From positions 1 through 25,956 of IMG/VR virus record IMGVR_UViG_2711768059_000012: a DNA stretch of 25,956 nucleotides; one strand, given 5' to 3'. Below, in pieces: positions 17,421-25,956 of the stretch. This DNA is from a virus. Taxonomy: Duplodnaviria; Heunggongvirae; Uroviricota; Caudoviricetes. Below the pieces are notes generated by a model. That model saw only the letters and a list, made by a program, of their open reading frames with translations, ran no database searches and had not been told where the DNA came from. The position numbers were made by a program, and so were the translations under genes. Within the stretch, counting starts at the first letter, position 1; each line of letters opens with the position of its first letter.

Positions 17421-18479
17421 ATGAAGAAGAATACCCGCTTTGCTTTTAACGCTTACCTGCGGCAGCTGGCGCGTCTGAACGGTGTGGCAGTTGAAGAACT
17501 GTCCAGCAAGTTCACCGTGGAGCCGTCTGTACAGCAGACGCTGGAAGACCAGATCCAGCAGTCCGCCGCTTTCCTGACGCTGATTAACGTCACGCCAGTG
17601 ACTGAGCAGTCCGGTCAGCTGCTGGGGTTGGGTGTTGGTAGCACCATTGCCGGAACCACTGACACCACCGCGAAAGAGCGTGAACCTGTCGATCCTACGC
17701 TGATGGTCGATGTGGAATACAAATGCGAGCAGACCAACTTTGACACGGTACTGACCTACGCGAAGCTGGACCTGTGGGCGAAGTTTCAGGATTTCCAGGT
17801 GCGTATCCGTGACGCCATCGTGAAACGTCAGGCACTGGACCGCATCATGATCGGCTTTAACGGCGTGAAGCGTGCGAAAACCTCCAACCGTAGCGAAAAC
17901 CCGCTGCTGCAGGATGTGAACAAAGGCTGGTTACAGAAAATCCGTGAGGATGCACCGGATCACGTCATGGGCAGCAGCACCACGGGCGGTGAAACCACAC
18001 CGGGTGCGGTGAAAGTCGGTAAAGGTGGCGAATATGCCAACCTGGACGCCGTGGTGATGGATGCCGTCAATGAGCTTATCGACGTTGTCTACCAGGACGA
18101 TGACGATCTGGTGGTGATTTGCGGGCGTGAACTGCTGTCTGACAAGTATTTCCCGCTGGTCAACAAAGAGCAGGAAAACAGTGAAAAACTGGCTGCCGAT
18201 ATGATCATCAGTCAGAAACGCATGGGTGGCCTGCAGGCGGTGCGTGCGCCGTTCTTCCCGCCGAATGCGCTGCTGATCACCCGTCTGGATAACCTGTCCA
18301 TCTACTGGCAGGAAGATACCCGCCGCCGTTCAGTTATCGACAACCCGAAACGTGACCGGATTGAAAATTTTGAATCCGTTAACGAAGCCTATGTGGTTGA
18401 GGACTATCGCTGCGCTGCACTGGTGGAAAACATCCAGATTGGTGACTTCAGCGCCGCCGCAGCAGAAACCGGAGCGTAA
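17421..18479 (+). CDS. N: Major capsid protein (P2 gpN family)
   Basis: 352-aa (P2 N ~357 aa), follows the scaffold gene. Confidence 0.9.
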   Translation: MKKNTRFAFNAYLRQLARLNGVAVEELSSKFTVEPSVQQTLEDQIQQSAAFLTLINVTPVTEQSGQLLGLGVGSTIAGTTDTTAKEREPVDPTLMVDVEYKCEQTNFDTVLTYAKLDLWAKFQDFQVRIRDAIVKRQALDRIMIGFNGVKRAKTSNRSENPLLQDVNKGWLQKIREDAPDHVMGSSTTGGETTPGAVKVGKGGEYANLDAVVMDAVNELIDVVYQDDDDLVVICGRELLSDKYFPLVNKEQENSEKLAADMIISQKRMGGLQAVRAPFFPPNALLITRLDNLSIYWQEDTRRRSVIDNPKRDRIENFESVNEAYVVEDYRCAALVENIQIGDFSAAAAETGA

Positions 18480-18482
18480 TTC

Positions 18483-19133
18483 ATGAGCCTGAGTCCCGCA
18501 CGGCAGCATCGCCTGCGCGTTCAGGCTGAACAGGCCGCTCGCGAGGGTGGCAGTGTTCGCCACGCGTCGGGCTATGACCTGATGCTGCTGCAACTGGCGG
18601 AAGACCGCCGCCGTCTCAAGGGCGTTCAGTCCACGGTCAAAAAAGCGGAAATCAAGGTGGAGCTGCTGCCGAAATATGCCGCCTGGGCGGAGGGCGTTCT
18701 GGCTGCCGGAGGCGCTCAACAGGATGACGTGCTGATGTACGTGATGCTGTGGCGCATTGATGCCGGAGATTATGCCGGGGCGCTGGAGATCGGGCGTCAT
18801 GCCCTGCGTCATGGCTGGGTGATGCCGCTGGGTAACCGCAACGTGCAGACCGTGCTGGCAGAGGAAATGGCAGACGCGGCGCAGAGCGCAATGCTTGCCG
18901 CCACCGGCTTTGATGCCGATCTGTTGCTGCAGACGCTGGAGCTGACAGACGGTCTGGATATGCCGGACCAGTCACGGGCGCGTCTGCATAAAGCGGTTGG
19001 CGCTGTCCTGAGTGAAAGCAACCCGGCTTCCGCCCTTAATCATCTCAACCATGCGTTACAGCTCGATCCTCGCTGTGGCGTGAAAAAAGACAAACAGCAG
19101 CTGGAGCGCAGACTGCGCAATGACAGCCGCTGA
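18483..19133 (+). CDS. M: Terminase small (endonuclease) subunit (P2 gpM family)
   Basis: 216-aa, GGAG RBS, follows N as in P2. Confidence 0.85.
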   Translation: MSLSPARQHRLRVQAEQAAREGGSVRHASGYDLMLLQLAEDRRRLKGVQSTVKKAEIKVELLPKYAAWAEGVLAAGGAQQDDVLMYVMLWRIDAGDYAGALEIGRHALRHGWVMPLGNRNVQTVLAEEMADAAQSAMLAATGFDADLLLQTLELTDGLDMPDQSRARLHKAVGAVLSESNPASALNHLNHALQLDPRCGVKKDKQQLERRLRNDSR

Positions 19134-19228
19134 CAGAACGTGCCCCCGCGCACGGGCGGCACGGGGTGGCGAAAGGCACTGCCACATCAAAACCCCGTCC
19201 ACCGCCCTCTATTTCAGGAGAAAGCAGC

Positions 19229-19693
19229 ATGAAGTTTGTTGCGCCAGAACAGGCACCGGAACAGGCGGAAATTATCAGGAATACGCCGTTCTGGCCTGAT
19301 GTGGACCTGTCGGAGTTTCGCAGCGTGATGCGCACTGACGGCACGGTGACGCAGCCGCGTTTAAAGCAGGTTGCGCTGTCGGCAATTTCGGAGGTCAACG
19401 CAGAGCTGTATGAGTTTCGCAGACGCCAGCAGATGCTGGGGTATGCCTCGCTGGCAGAGGTTCCGGCGGAACAGCTGGACGGCAAAAGTGAGCGCATTCA
19501 GCACTATTTTAACGCGGTTTACTGCTGGGCACGCGCCATGCTCAACGAACGTTACCAGGACTATGACGCCACGGCGTCCGGTGTGAAGCGGGGCGAGGAA
19601 CTGGCGGAAGCAAGCGGTGATTTGTGGCGTGACGCCCGCTGGGCCATCAGCCGGGTGCAGGATGCGCCGCACTGCACAGTGGAGCTTATCTGA
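19229..19693 (+). CDS. L: Head completion/stabilisation protein (P2 gpL family)
   Basis: 154-aa from ATG 19229 (AGGAG 8 nt upstream; the track start 19166 lacks an RBS). Stop overlaps the next gene start (ATGA). Confidence 0.8.
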   Translation: MKFVAPEQAPEQAEIIRNTPFWPDVDLSEFRSVMRTDGTVTQPRLKQVALSAISEVNAELYEFRRRQQMLGYASLAEVPAEQLDGKSERIQHYFNAVYCWARAMLNERYQDYDATASGVKRGEELAEASGDLWRDARWAISRVQDAPHCTVELI

Positions 19694-19896
19694 TGAAAGT
19701 GCGTGCGCATCAGTATGACACGGTGGACGCGCTTTGCTGGCGTCATTACGGGCGCACGCAGGGTGTCACGGAGCAGGTACTGAAGGCAAATCCGGGGCTT
19801 GCCGAATACGGCCCCTTTTTACCTCACGGGCTGCAGGTGGAGCTGCCGGACATTCCGACCACCACCACCGTGCAGACCGTCCAGCTATGGGACTGA
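19693..19896 (+). CDS. X: Tail protein X (P2 gpX family)
   Basis: 67-aa, conserved position between L and the lysis cassette. Confidence 0.75.
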   Translation: MKVRAHQYDTVDALCWRHYGRTQGVTEQVLKANPGLAEYGPFLPHGLQVELPDIPTTTTVQTVQLWD

Positions 19897-19899
19897 ATT

Positions 19900-20115
19900 A
19901 TGACGCTTGAGCGAATCAGCGCCTTTATCACGTATTGCATCGCCGTCGTGCTGGCCTGGCTGGGCGATTTGTCCATCAAGGATGCCTCAACGCTGGGCGG
20001 CCTGATGATTGGTGTGCTGATGCTGGCTATCAACTGGTACTACAAACACAAAGCCTACCAGCTTCTGCGCGACGGGCAGATCTCGCGGGAGGACTATGAA
20101 TCCATCAATCGTTAA
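19900..20115 (+). CDS. Holin (small two-TM, pinholin-like)
   Basis: 71-aa with two hydrophobic helices (AFITYCIAVVLAWLG; LGGLMIGVLMLAINWYY) and a charged C-terminus, immediately before the endolysin. Confidence 0.7.
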   Translation: MTLERISAFITYCIAVVLAWLGDLSIKDASTLGGLMIGVLMLAINWYYKHKAYQLLRDGQISREDYESINR

Positions 20116-20608
20116 ACGCTGCCTTGTCGGGGCCGTGCTGGCTATTACTGCCACGCTGCCGGGTTTTCAGCAGCTTCACACCTCCGTGGAGGGGCTGAAA
20201 CTGATTGCCGATTACGAAGGCTGTCGTCTGCAGCCGTATCAGTGCAGCGCGGGTGTCTGGACCGACGGCATTGGTAATACATCGGGCGTTATTCCCGGCA
20301 AAACAATCACGGAACGACAGGCAGCAGAAGGGCTGATCTCCAACGTGCTGCGTGTGGAGCGGGCACTGGAAAGGTGTGTGAAGCAACAGCCACCACAGAA
20401 GGTGTATGACGCTACGGTGTCGTTTGCCTTCAACGTGGGGACGGGCAATGCCTGCAGCTCCACGCTGGTGAAATTGCTCAATCAGCGGCGCTGGGCGGAT
20501 GCGTGCCGACAGTTGCCGCGCTGGGTTTATGTAAAAGGTGTGTTTAATCAGGGGCTGGATAACCGCCGTGCGCGGGAGATGGCCTGGTGTTTACAGGGAG
20601 CAAACTGA
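20096..20608 (+). CDS. K: Endolysin, phage lysozyme (T4-lysozyme/GH24-like) with N-terminal signal-anchor-release (SAR) segment
   Basis: 170-aa. N-terminal hydrophobic CLVGAVLAITATLPG, then catalytic region EG...(8 aa)...x...(5 aa)...T in YEGCRLQPYQCSAGVWTDGIGNT. GGAGG RBS. Confidence 0.85.
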   Translation: MNPSIVKRCLVGAVLAITATLPGFQQLHTSVEGLKLIADYEGCRLQPYQCSAGVWTDGIGNTSGVIPGKTITERQAAEGLISNVLRVERALERCVKQQPPQKVYDATVSFAFNVGTGNACSSTLVKLLNQRRWADACRQLPRWVYVKGVFNQGLDNRRAREMAWCLQGAN

Positions 20609-20609
20609 A

Positions 20610-20987
20610 ATGAAAAAGAAATTAATCAGCGGACTGTTTCTGATGTTATGGATGGCGCTGTTAATCGCAGCAATGGTGTATCCGCAGGGGATTTTTCCGG
20701 TACTGGCAGCGTCCGGCGTTTGGGTAGCCTGTTTGCTGACATGGGCGGTAATTCCGGTAGCACTGGCTGCGTTAATTAAGAATGGCCCGCTCTGGCAGGA
20801 GTTAAGGGCATCTTTACTGAAGACAATTACCCGAAAAGAAAACGTATTTATCAGTTGGGTGATGCGATTGCTGATTGTTGTAAGTCTCGCCTGGACGGGG
20901 TGGGCTATTACCCTGGTCTTTTATCTACTGACCGTTATTGCCTTCTGGATCACCCGTAATCAGATGGCGCAACAGGTAGCAGCATGA
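20610..20987 (+). CDS. lysA: LysA-like membrane protein (lysis timing/antiholin-like)
   Basis: 125-aa, four predicted TM segments, AGGGAG RBS, same position as P2 lysA. Confidence 0.65.
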   Translation: MKKKLISGLFLMLWMALLIAAMVYPQGIFPVLAASGVWVACLLTWAVIPVALAALIKNGPLWQELRASLLKTITRKENVFISWVMRLLIVVSLAWTGWAITLVFYLLTVIAFWITRNQMAQQVAA

Positions 20988-21412
20988 ACCGGTTGCTGCT
21001 GGTTGTGCTGGCGTTATTACTGGCGGCGCTGGGCTGGCAGACGTGGCGGCTGGCTGATGCCAGCCAGACCATTAGCACGCAGGCAGACGAGCTGCAGAGC
21101 AAAAGCCAGGCACTGGCAAAGAGCAACAGCCAGCTTATCAGCCTGTCCATTCTGACTGAAACCAATAACCGGGAGCAGGCGCGGCTCTATGCCGAAGCAG
21201 AACAGACCAGCGCGCTGCTGAGACAACGACAACACCGGATCGAGGAACTGAAACGTGAGAACGAGGATTTACGCCGCTGGGCTGATACTCCTTTGCCTGC
21301 TGACATTATCCGGCTGCGGGAACGTCCGACGCTCACCGGAGGTGCAGCTTACCGTCAGTGGTTGTCCGCGAGTGACGCCGTGTTGGCTGGATCAGGCAGC
21401 GCCGCGCACTAA
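20984..21412 (+). CDS. lysB: LysB, i-spanin (Rz-like)
   Basis: 142-aa, N-terminal TM (LLLVVLALLLAALGW) then coiled-coil periplasmic domain. Contains the embedded lysC frame. Confidence 0.7.
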   Translation: MNRLLLVVLALLLAALGWQTWRLADASQTISTQADELQSKSQALAKSNSQLISLSILTETNNREQARLYAEAEQTSALLRQRQHRIEELKRENEDLRRWADTPLPADIIRLRERPTLTGGAAYRQWLSASDAVLAGSGSAAH

Positions 21413-21545
21413 CGGTGATCTGAACGCGTTGCTGGATGAAACGGAGGCCGCCTGGGCGGTCTGTGCAGACAAAGTGGACATGATTATTGCGTGTCAGGAG
21501 CGAAACAGTGAACAAACCACAATCCCTGCGCCACGCCCTCAATAA
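21255..21545 (+). CDS. lysC: LysC, o-spanin lipoprotein (Rz1-like), overlapping the 3' end of lysB
   Basis: GTG start inside lysB in another frame. Lipobox LLTLSGC after a short signal peptide. Pro-rich C-terminus. Confidence 0.6.
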   Translation: MRTRIYAAGLILLCLLTLSGCGNVRRSPEVQLTVSGCPRVTPCWLDQAAPRTNGDLNALLDETEAAWAVCADKVDMIIACQERNSEQTTIPAPRPQ

Positions 21546-21939
21546 AGCGGTGCCTTATGTCCGCAATAACCCGGACAAACTGCATCTGTTTGTGGATAAC
21601 GGTTCGCTGGTTGCCACGGGGGCCAACTCCATGTCGTGGGAGTACCGTTACACCCTGAACGCGGTGATTGAGGATTTCAGCGGCGACCAGAATCTGCTGA
21701 TGGCCCCGGTTTTGCTGTGGCTGAGGGATAACCAGCCCGATGCCATCAATAACCCGGCGTTACGGGAAAAACTATTCACCTTTGAGGTGGATATTCTGCG
21801 CAACGATGTCTGTGATATCAGCCTGAACCTGCAACTGACGGAGCGTGTGCTGGTCAGCACTGACGGTAGTGTGTCGAGCGTTGAAGCTATAGCGGAACCT
21901 GATGAACCTGAAGAAATGTGGACGGTGAAACGTGGCTGA
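21508..21939 (+). CDS. R: Tail completion protein R (P2 gpR family)
   Basis: 143-aa from GTG 21508 (AGGAG 7 nt upstream), position as in P2. Confidence 0.7.
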   Translation: MNKPQSLRHALNKAVPYVRNNPDKLHLFVDNGSLVATGANSMSWEYRYTLNAVIEDFSGDQNLLMAPVLLWLRDNQPDAINNPALREKLFTFEVDILRNDVCDISLNLQLTERVLVSTDGSVSSVEAIAEPDEPEEMWTVKRG

Positions 21940-22378
21940 ACTGCAGAAAGTAGACGACTGGCTGAGTGCCTTGCTGGCGAATCTGGAACCAGCCGCCAGA
22001 AGCCGCATGATGCGCCAGCTGGCGCAGGAACTGCGCCGGACACAGCAGCAGAACATCAGGATGCAACGCAATCCTGATGGCAGCAGCTATGAACCGAGGC
22101 GAGTAACAGCACGCAGTAAAAAAGGCCGTATCAAACGGCAGATGTTTACAAAACTTCGCACCACAAAATACCTGAAAACCGCCGCCAGCGAGGACTCTGC
22201 CAGCGTGCAGTTTGAAGGTAAGGTGCAGCGCATTGCCCGCGTCCACCATTATGGCCTGCGTGATCGCGTCAGCCGCAAAGGACCGGAGGTCCGTTACGCA
22301 GAGCGTCGCCTTCTGGGCGTAAATGATGATGTTGAGGCAATGACCCGCGACATGATTCTGCAATGGTTGGCGGGGTGA
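21932..22378 (+). CDS. S: Tail completion/virion morphogenesis protein S (P2 gpS family)
   Basis: 148-aa, GTG start overlapping the end of R, position as in P2. Confidence 0.75.
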   Translation: MAELQKVDDWLSALLANLEPAARSRMMRQLAQELRRTQQQNIRMQRNPDGSSYEPRRVTARSKKGRIKRQMFTKLRTTKYLKTAASEDSASVQFEGKVQRIARVHHYGLRDRVSRKGPEVRYAERRLLGVNDDVEAMTRDMILQWLAG

Positions 22379-22382
22379 TTTT

Positions 22383-22400
22383 TGTATCAGCACTGATACA
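22383..22400. promoter_or_regulatory. Late-promoter activator site (TGT-N12-ACA, extended dyad TTGTATCAG-ca-CTGATACAA) upstream of V
   Basis: Exact TGT-N12-ACA with a perfect 7-bp palindromic extension in the 68-bp S-V intergenic region, corresponding to the P2 PV late promoter. Confidence 0.55.
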
Positions 22401-22446
22401 AGTTGCAGCACTGCCGCCTTTCTTCCCCTGATGGCAACCTTTCCCT

Positions 22447-23025
22447 ATGAACGGACAATTAACCGAAATCATGCGCCTTATCACCAACCTGATCCGCACT
22501 GGGGTAGTCACCGAAGTGGACCGGGAAAACTGGCTTTGCCGGGTGAAAACAGGCGACTTAGAAACCAACTGGATCAGCTGGCTGACCCTGCGTGCCGGGA
22601 ATGCCCGGACATGGTGGCGACCATCGGAAGGTGAGCAGGTGGTGCTGCTGAGTCTGGGCGGCAATCTGGAAACCGCCTTTGCGTTACCCGCCATCTATTC
22701 GAATCAGTTCGCACCACCGTCGACGTCGGCGGACGCCTGCGTGACAGAACATCCTGACGGTGGCTGGTTTGAATACGAACCCGCCACCGGGCGCTGGTAT
22801 GTCAGGGGCATCAAATCAATGGTCATTGAGGCCGCTGACAACATCACCATGAAAACCAGTGAGTTTGTACTGGAGGCTGACCGCACGCGCATTGACAGCG
22901 AAGTGGTGATCAATGGTGGCGTTACCCAGGGCGGCGGAGCGATGAGTTCTAACGGGATCGTGGTTGATGCGCATCAGCATACTGGCGTCCTGAAAGGCGG
23001 CGATACAACCGGAGGCCCGGTATGA
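22447..23025 (+). CDS. V: Baseplate spike/assembly protein V (P2 gpV family)
   Basis: 192-aa. The N-terminus aligns with remembered P2 V (…IRTG(I/V)V(V/T)E(T/V)D…CRV(Q/K)TG…W…WL…RAG…RTWW.PS.GEQV). Confidence 0.85.
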   Translation: MNGQLTEIMRLITNLIRTGVVTEVDRENWLCRVKTGDLETNWISWLTLRAGNARTWWRPSEGEQVVLLSLGGNLETAFALPAIYSNQFAPPSTSADACVTEHPDGGWFEYEPATGRWYVRGIKSMVIEAADNITMKTSEFVLEADRTRIDSEVVINGGVTQGGGAMSSNGIVVDAHQHTGVLKGGDTTGGPV

Positions 23026-23381
23026 CGCTTTATAGCGGGATGAACAATACCAACGGCAAAGTCATTACTGATATTGACCATCTGCGCCAGTCGGTGCGGG
23101 ACATTCTGCTGACGCCGCAGGGTAGCCGCATTGCTCGTCGTGAATATGGTTCCCTGCTGTCGTCGCTAATAGACCAGCCACAAAATCCGGCATTACGCCT
23201 GCAGGTCATGTCGGCAGTGTATGTGGCTCTGAGTCGCTGGGAGCCACGGATGACGCTGGATTCCATCACCATCAACAGCAATTTTGACGGTTCAATGGTG
23301 GTGGCGCTGAGCGGACGGCGTAATAACGGTGTGCCTGTTTCCCTTTCCGTATCAACAGGAGCAGAGAATGGCAGTGATTGA
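23022..23381 (+). CDS. W: Baseplate protein W (P2 gpW/gp25-like)
   Basis: 119-aa, overlaps the V stop, conserved order V-W-J-I-H. Confidence 0.85.
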   Translation: MTLYSGMNNTNGKVITDIDHLRQSVRDILLTPQGSRIARREYGSLLSSLIDQPQNPALRLQVMSAVYVALSRWEPRMTLDSITINSNFDGSMVVALSGRRNNGVPVSLSVSTGAENGSD

Positions 23382-24276
23382 CCTTTCGCAGTTGCCTGCG
23401 CCGCAGATTGTGGATGTGCCGGACTTTGAGACGCTGCTTGCCGAACGCAAGGCCGAATTTGTTGCGCTTCATCCGAAAGATGAGCAGGAAGCAGTGATCC
23501 GCACGCTGGAACTGGAATCTGAACCCGTCACCAAATTGCTGCAGGAGAACGCTTACCGTGAGTTGCTTCTGCGCCAGCGCATTAACGAAGCCGCGCAGGC
23601 TGTGATGGTGGCTTACGCGATGGGCGGAGACCTTGACCAAATTGCTGCCAACTACAACGTGAAACGCCTGACGGTGACACCTGCTGATGATGACGCTGTA
23701 CCGCCTGTTGCGGCTGTGATGGAAAGTGATGAAGCGTTACGCCTGCGTGTGCCTGCAGCCTTTGAAGGGCTTTCAGTTGCGGGGCCAACTGCAGCTTATG
23801 AATTTCATGCCCGAAGCGCCGACGGTCGGGTGGCGGATGCCAGTGCAACCAGCCCGGCACCTGCAGAGGTGGTGCTGACTGTCCTTAGCCGCGAAGGCGA
23901 TGGAACTGCAGAAAAAGACCTGCTGGACGTGGTGGAAAAAGCTCTGAACAGTGAGAACGTCCGCCCGGTGGCTGACCGTCTTACGGTTCGCAGCGCAGAA
24001 ATCATCCCGTACCGCGTGGAAGCCACCATTTTTCTCTACCCGGGGCCGGAAGCAGAGCCGGTAATGGCAGCGGCAAAAGCCAGCCTGCAGAAGTACATCG
24101 CCAGTCAGACGCGTCTTGGTCGGGATATTCGCCGTAGCGCCATCTTTGCCGCCCTGCATGTTGAGGGTGTGCAGCGTGTGGAGCTGGCTTCTCCTCTGGC
24201 GGATGTGGTCCTGAACAAAACACAGGCGGCATCTTGTACGCAGTGGAACGTAACTAACGGAGGAACGGATGAATAG
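23368..24276 (+). CDS. J: Baseplate assembly protein J (P2 gpJ family)
   Basis: 302-aa from ATG 23368 (AGGAG RBS), same length as P2 J. Confidence 0.85.
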   Translation: MAVIDLSQLPAPQIVDVPDFETLLAERKAEFVALHPKDEQEAVIRTLELESEPVTKLLQENAYRELLLRQRINEAAQAVMVAYAMGGDLDQIAANYNVKRLTVTPADDDAVPPVAAVMESDEALRLRVPAAFEGLSVAGPTAAYEFHARSADGRVADASATSPAPAEVVLTVLSREGDGTAEKDLLDVVEKALNSENVRPVADRLTVRSAEIIPYRVEATIFLYPGPEAEPVMAAAKASLQKYIASQTRLGRDIRRSAIFAALHVEGVQRVELASPLADVVLNKTQAASCTQWNVTNGGTDE

Positions 24277-24874
24277 TCTGCTGCCTCCGGGTTCAACACC
24301 ACTGGAGCGCCGACTGGCGCAAACCTGCAGCGGGATTTCTGATCTGCAGGTGCCGCTGCGTGACTTGTGGAATCCGGCGACCTGTCCGGTCAGCTTCCTG
24401 CCTTATCTCGCCTGGGCGTTCTCTGTGGATCGCTGGGATGAGGGCTGGACTGAAAGCGTCAAACGTCAGGTGGTGAAGGATGCTTTTTATATTCATCAGC
24501 ATAAAGGAACCACCAGTGCCGTGCGGCGGGTAGTGGAACCGTTCGGCTTCCTGATCCGCATTATTGAGTGGTGGCAGACCGGAGAAACACCGGGCACGTT
24601 TCGCCTGGATATCGGCGTGCAGGACCAGGGCATTACTGAAGATACCTATCTGGAACTTGAGCGACTGATAAGCGATGCCAAACCATGTAGCCGTCACATG
24701 ATCGGCATGTCCATTAACCTGCAGACCAGCGGCCCGCATTGGGTGGGAGTCGCCAGCTATCTTGGCGAAGAAATCACGATCTATCCGTATATCAACGAAA
24801 CGATTATTTCCGGTGGCACCGCGCATGAAGGCGGGGCGGTCCATGTTATTGACACAATGAGAGTGAATCCATGA
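24269..24874 (+). CDS. I: Baseplate/tail-fibre attachment protein I (P2 gpI family)
   Basis: 201-aa. Overlaps the J stop and the H start (ATGA). Confidence 0.8.
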   Translation: MNSLLPPGSTPLERRLAQTCSGISDLQVPLRDLWNPATCPVSFLPYLAWAFSVDRWDEGWTESVKRQVVKDAFYIHQHKGTTSAVRRVVEPFGFLIRIIEWWQTGETPGTFRLDIGVQDQGITEDTYLELERLISDAKPCSRHMIGMSINLQTSGPHWVGVASYLGEEITIYPYINETIISGGTAHEGGAVHVIDTMRVNP

Positions 24875-25956
24875 GCACAAAATTTTATACCCTGCTGACG
24901 GATATTGGCGCGGCGAAACTTGCCAGCGCCGCCGCGCTCGGTGTGCCTTTAAAAATTACCCATATGGCGGTCGGTGATGGCGGCGGAACATTGCCAACGC
25001 CGGACGCAAAGCAGACTGGGCTGGTGAATGAGAAACGCCGGGCTGCGCTGAATATGCTGTACATCGACCCGCAGAACAGCAGCCAGATTATTGCTGAACA
25101 GGTGATCCCTGAAAACGAGGGTGGTTGGTGGATACGTGAAGTGGGCCTGTTTGATGAGTCCGGAGCATTGATTGCCGTGGGCAACTGCCCGGAAAGCTAT
25201 AAGCCGCAACTGGTTGAAGGCAGCGGGCGTACCCAGACCGTGCGTATGGTGTTGATTACCAGCAGCACGGACAATATCACCCTGAAAATCGACCCTGCTG
25301 TAGTACTGGCAACCCGCAAGTATGTGGATGACAAAATATCAGAGCACGAACAGTCACGACGTCACCCGGACGCCTCGCTGACCGCAAAAGGTTTTACTCA
25401 GTTAAGCAGTGCGACCAACAGTGAATCCGAAATACTGGCCGCAACACCGAAGGCAGTGAAGGCTGTATATGACCTTGCAGCAGGTAAGGCACCTGTCAGT
25501 CACACGCACCCGTGGAATCAGATAACGGATGTGCCTGCAGCTTCACTGACGGTAAAAGGCACCGTGCAACTCAGCAGCGCCACTAACAGCACGTCAGAAA
25601 CGCAGGCTGCCACACCAAAGGCAGTGAAGGCGGCATATGACCTTGCAGCAGGTAAGGCACCTGTCAGTCACACGCACCCGTGGAGCCAGATAACGGATGT
25701 GCCTGCAGCTTCACTGACGGTAAAAGGCACCGTGCAACTCAGCAGCGCCACTAACAGCACGTCAGAAACGCAGGCTGCCACACCAAAGGCAGTGAAGGCG
25801 GCATATGACCTGGCAGCTGGTAAACCTCCATGTCGTCCAACCCCACCCGTGCACTACATCACGGTGTGCGCGGTCGCTTTCCCACACCGAACACGCCACC
25901 GTCCACGTCCACACACCACCTCCACCCACGTCACCACAGTAGCCGGCCAACGACAA
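24871..25956 (+). CDS. H: Tail fibre protein H, 5'-partial view (ORF continues beyond the window end)
   Basis: Open frame from ATG 24871 to the window edge with no stop (absent from the ORF track for that reason). Conserved N-terminus MSTKFYTLLTDIGAAKLASAAALG..., then tail-fibre repeat modules (SSATNS.SE..AATPKAVKA.YDLAAGKAPVSHTHPW). Confidence 0.85.
   Translation, partial: MSTKFYTLLTDIGAAKLASAAALGVPLKITHMAVGDGGGTLPTPDAKQTGLVNEKRRAALNMLYIDPQNSSQIIAEQVIPENEGGWWIREVGLFDESGALIAVGNCPESYKPQLVEGSGRTQTVRMVLITSSTDNITLKIDPAVVLATRKYVDDKISEHEQSRRHPDASLTAKGFTQLSSATNSESEILAATPKAVKAVYDLAAGKAPVSHTHPWNQITDVPAASLTVKGTVQLSSATNSTSETQAATPKAVKAAYDLAAGKAPVSHTHPWSQITDVPAASLTVKGTVQLSSATNSTSETQAATPKAVKAAYDLAAGKPPCRPTPPVHYITVCAVAFPHRTRHRPRPHTTSTHVTTVAGQRQ
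25471..25806 (+). repeat. Two near-identical tandem 168-bp (56-aa) repeats inside tail-fibre gene H, preceded by a diverged third copy
   Basis: Copies at 25471-25638 and 25639-25806 differ at only a few positions (for example aat versus agc in the HPW(N/S)Q codon, and ctt versus ctg near the end). Confidence 0.85.

Noticed and set aside
19166-19228. N-terminal extension of head-completion gene L (track start 19166)
   Set aside because: There is no RBS at 19166, whereas the ATG at 19229 has AGGAG 8 nt upstream and gives the expected ~154-aa product.
1-25956. CRISPR arrays, rRNA or tRNA genes, and attachment-site repeats
   Set aside because: No spaced direct repeats, rRNA-like conserved blocks or tRNA cloverleaf candidates were found on reading. 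The prophage boundary lies left of position 1 (int stop at the window edge), so attL/attR cannot be assessed here.

Overview
This window is most of a P2/186-like (Peduovirus-type) temperate prophage from an enterobacterial host, read from the integrase stop (pos 1) into the 5' part of tail-fibre gene H (runs off the 3' end). All calls are from reading the sequence and the ORF track; no database search was run. Layout: (i) a 186-type lysogeny/early region: int, an OLD-family ATPase/Toprim nuclease moron, a CI-type repressor with an internally duplicated DNA-binding domain, a divergent apl/cox-like gene, cII, small early ORFs, a TraR/DksA zinc-finger protein, Dam methylase, a possible TGT/DpdA-like protein, and the rolling-circle replication initiator A; (ii) an AT-rich accessory region between gene A and portal gene Q (the P2 tin/old-type hotspot) holding a LexA box in front of a small ORF plus a DinI-like gene, a tightly coupled three-gene module (one soluble protein, two small membrane proteins), a strong hairpin, a cos-like 19-mer, and a 413-aa two-domain protein with a TIR/nucleoside-deoxyribosyltransferase-like N-terminus; (iii) the canonical late block Q, P / O, N, M, L, X, holin, SAR-endolysin, lysA, lysB/lysC, R, S, V, W, J, I, H, with TGT-N12-ACA late-promoter dyads. 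The best candidates for an undescribed system are the three-gene module (10521-12089) and the adjacent TIR/NDT-like gene (12327-13568); the OLD-family nuclease and the Dam plus TGT-like pair are secondary accessory modules.
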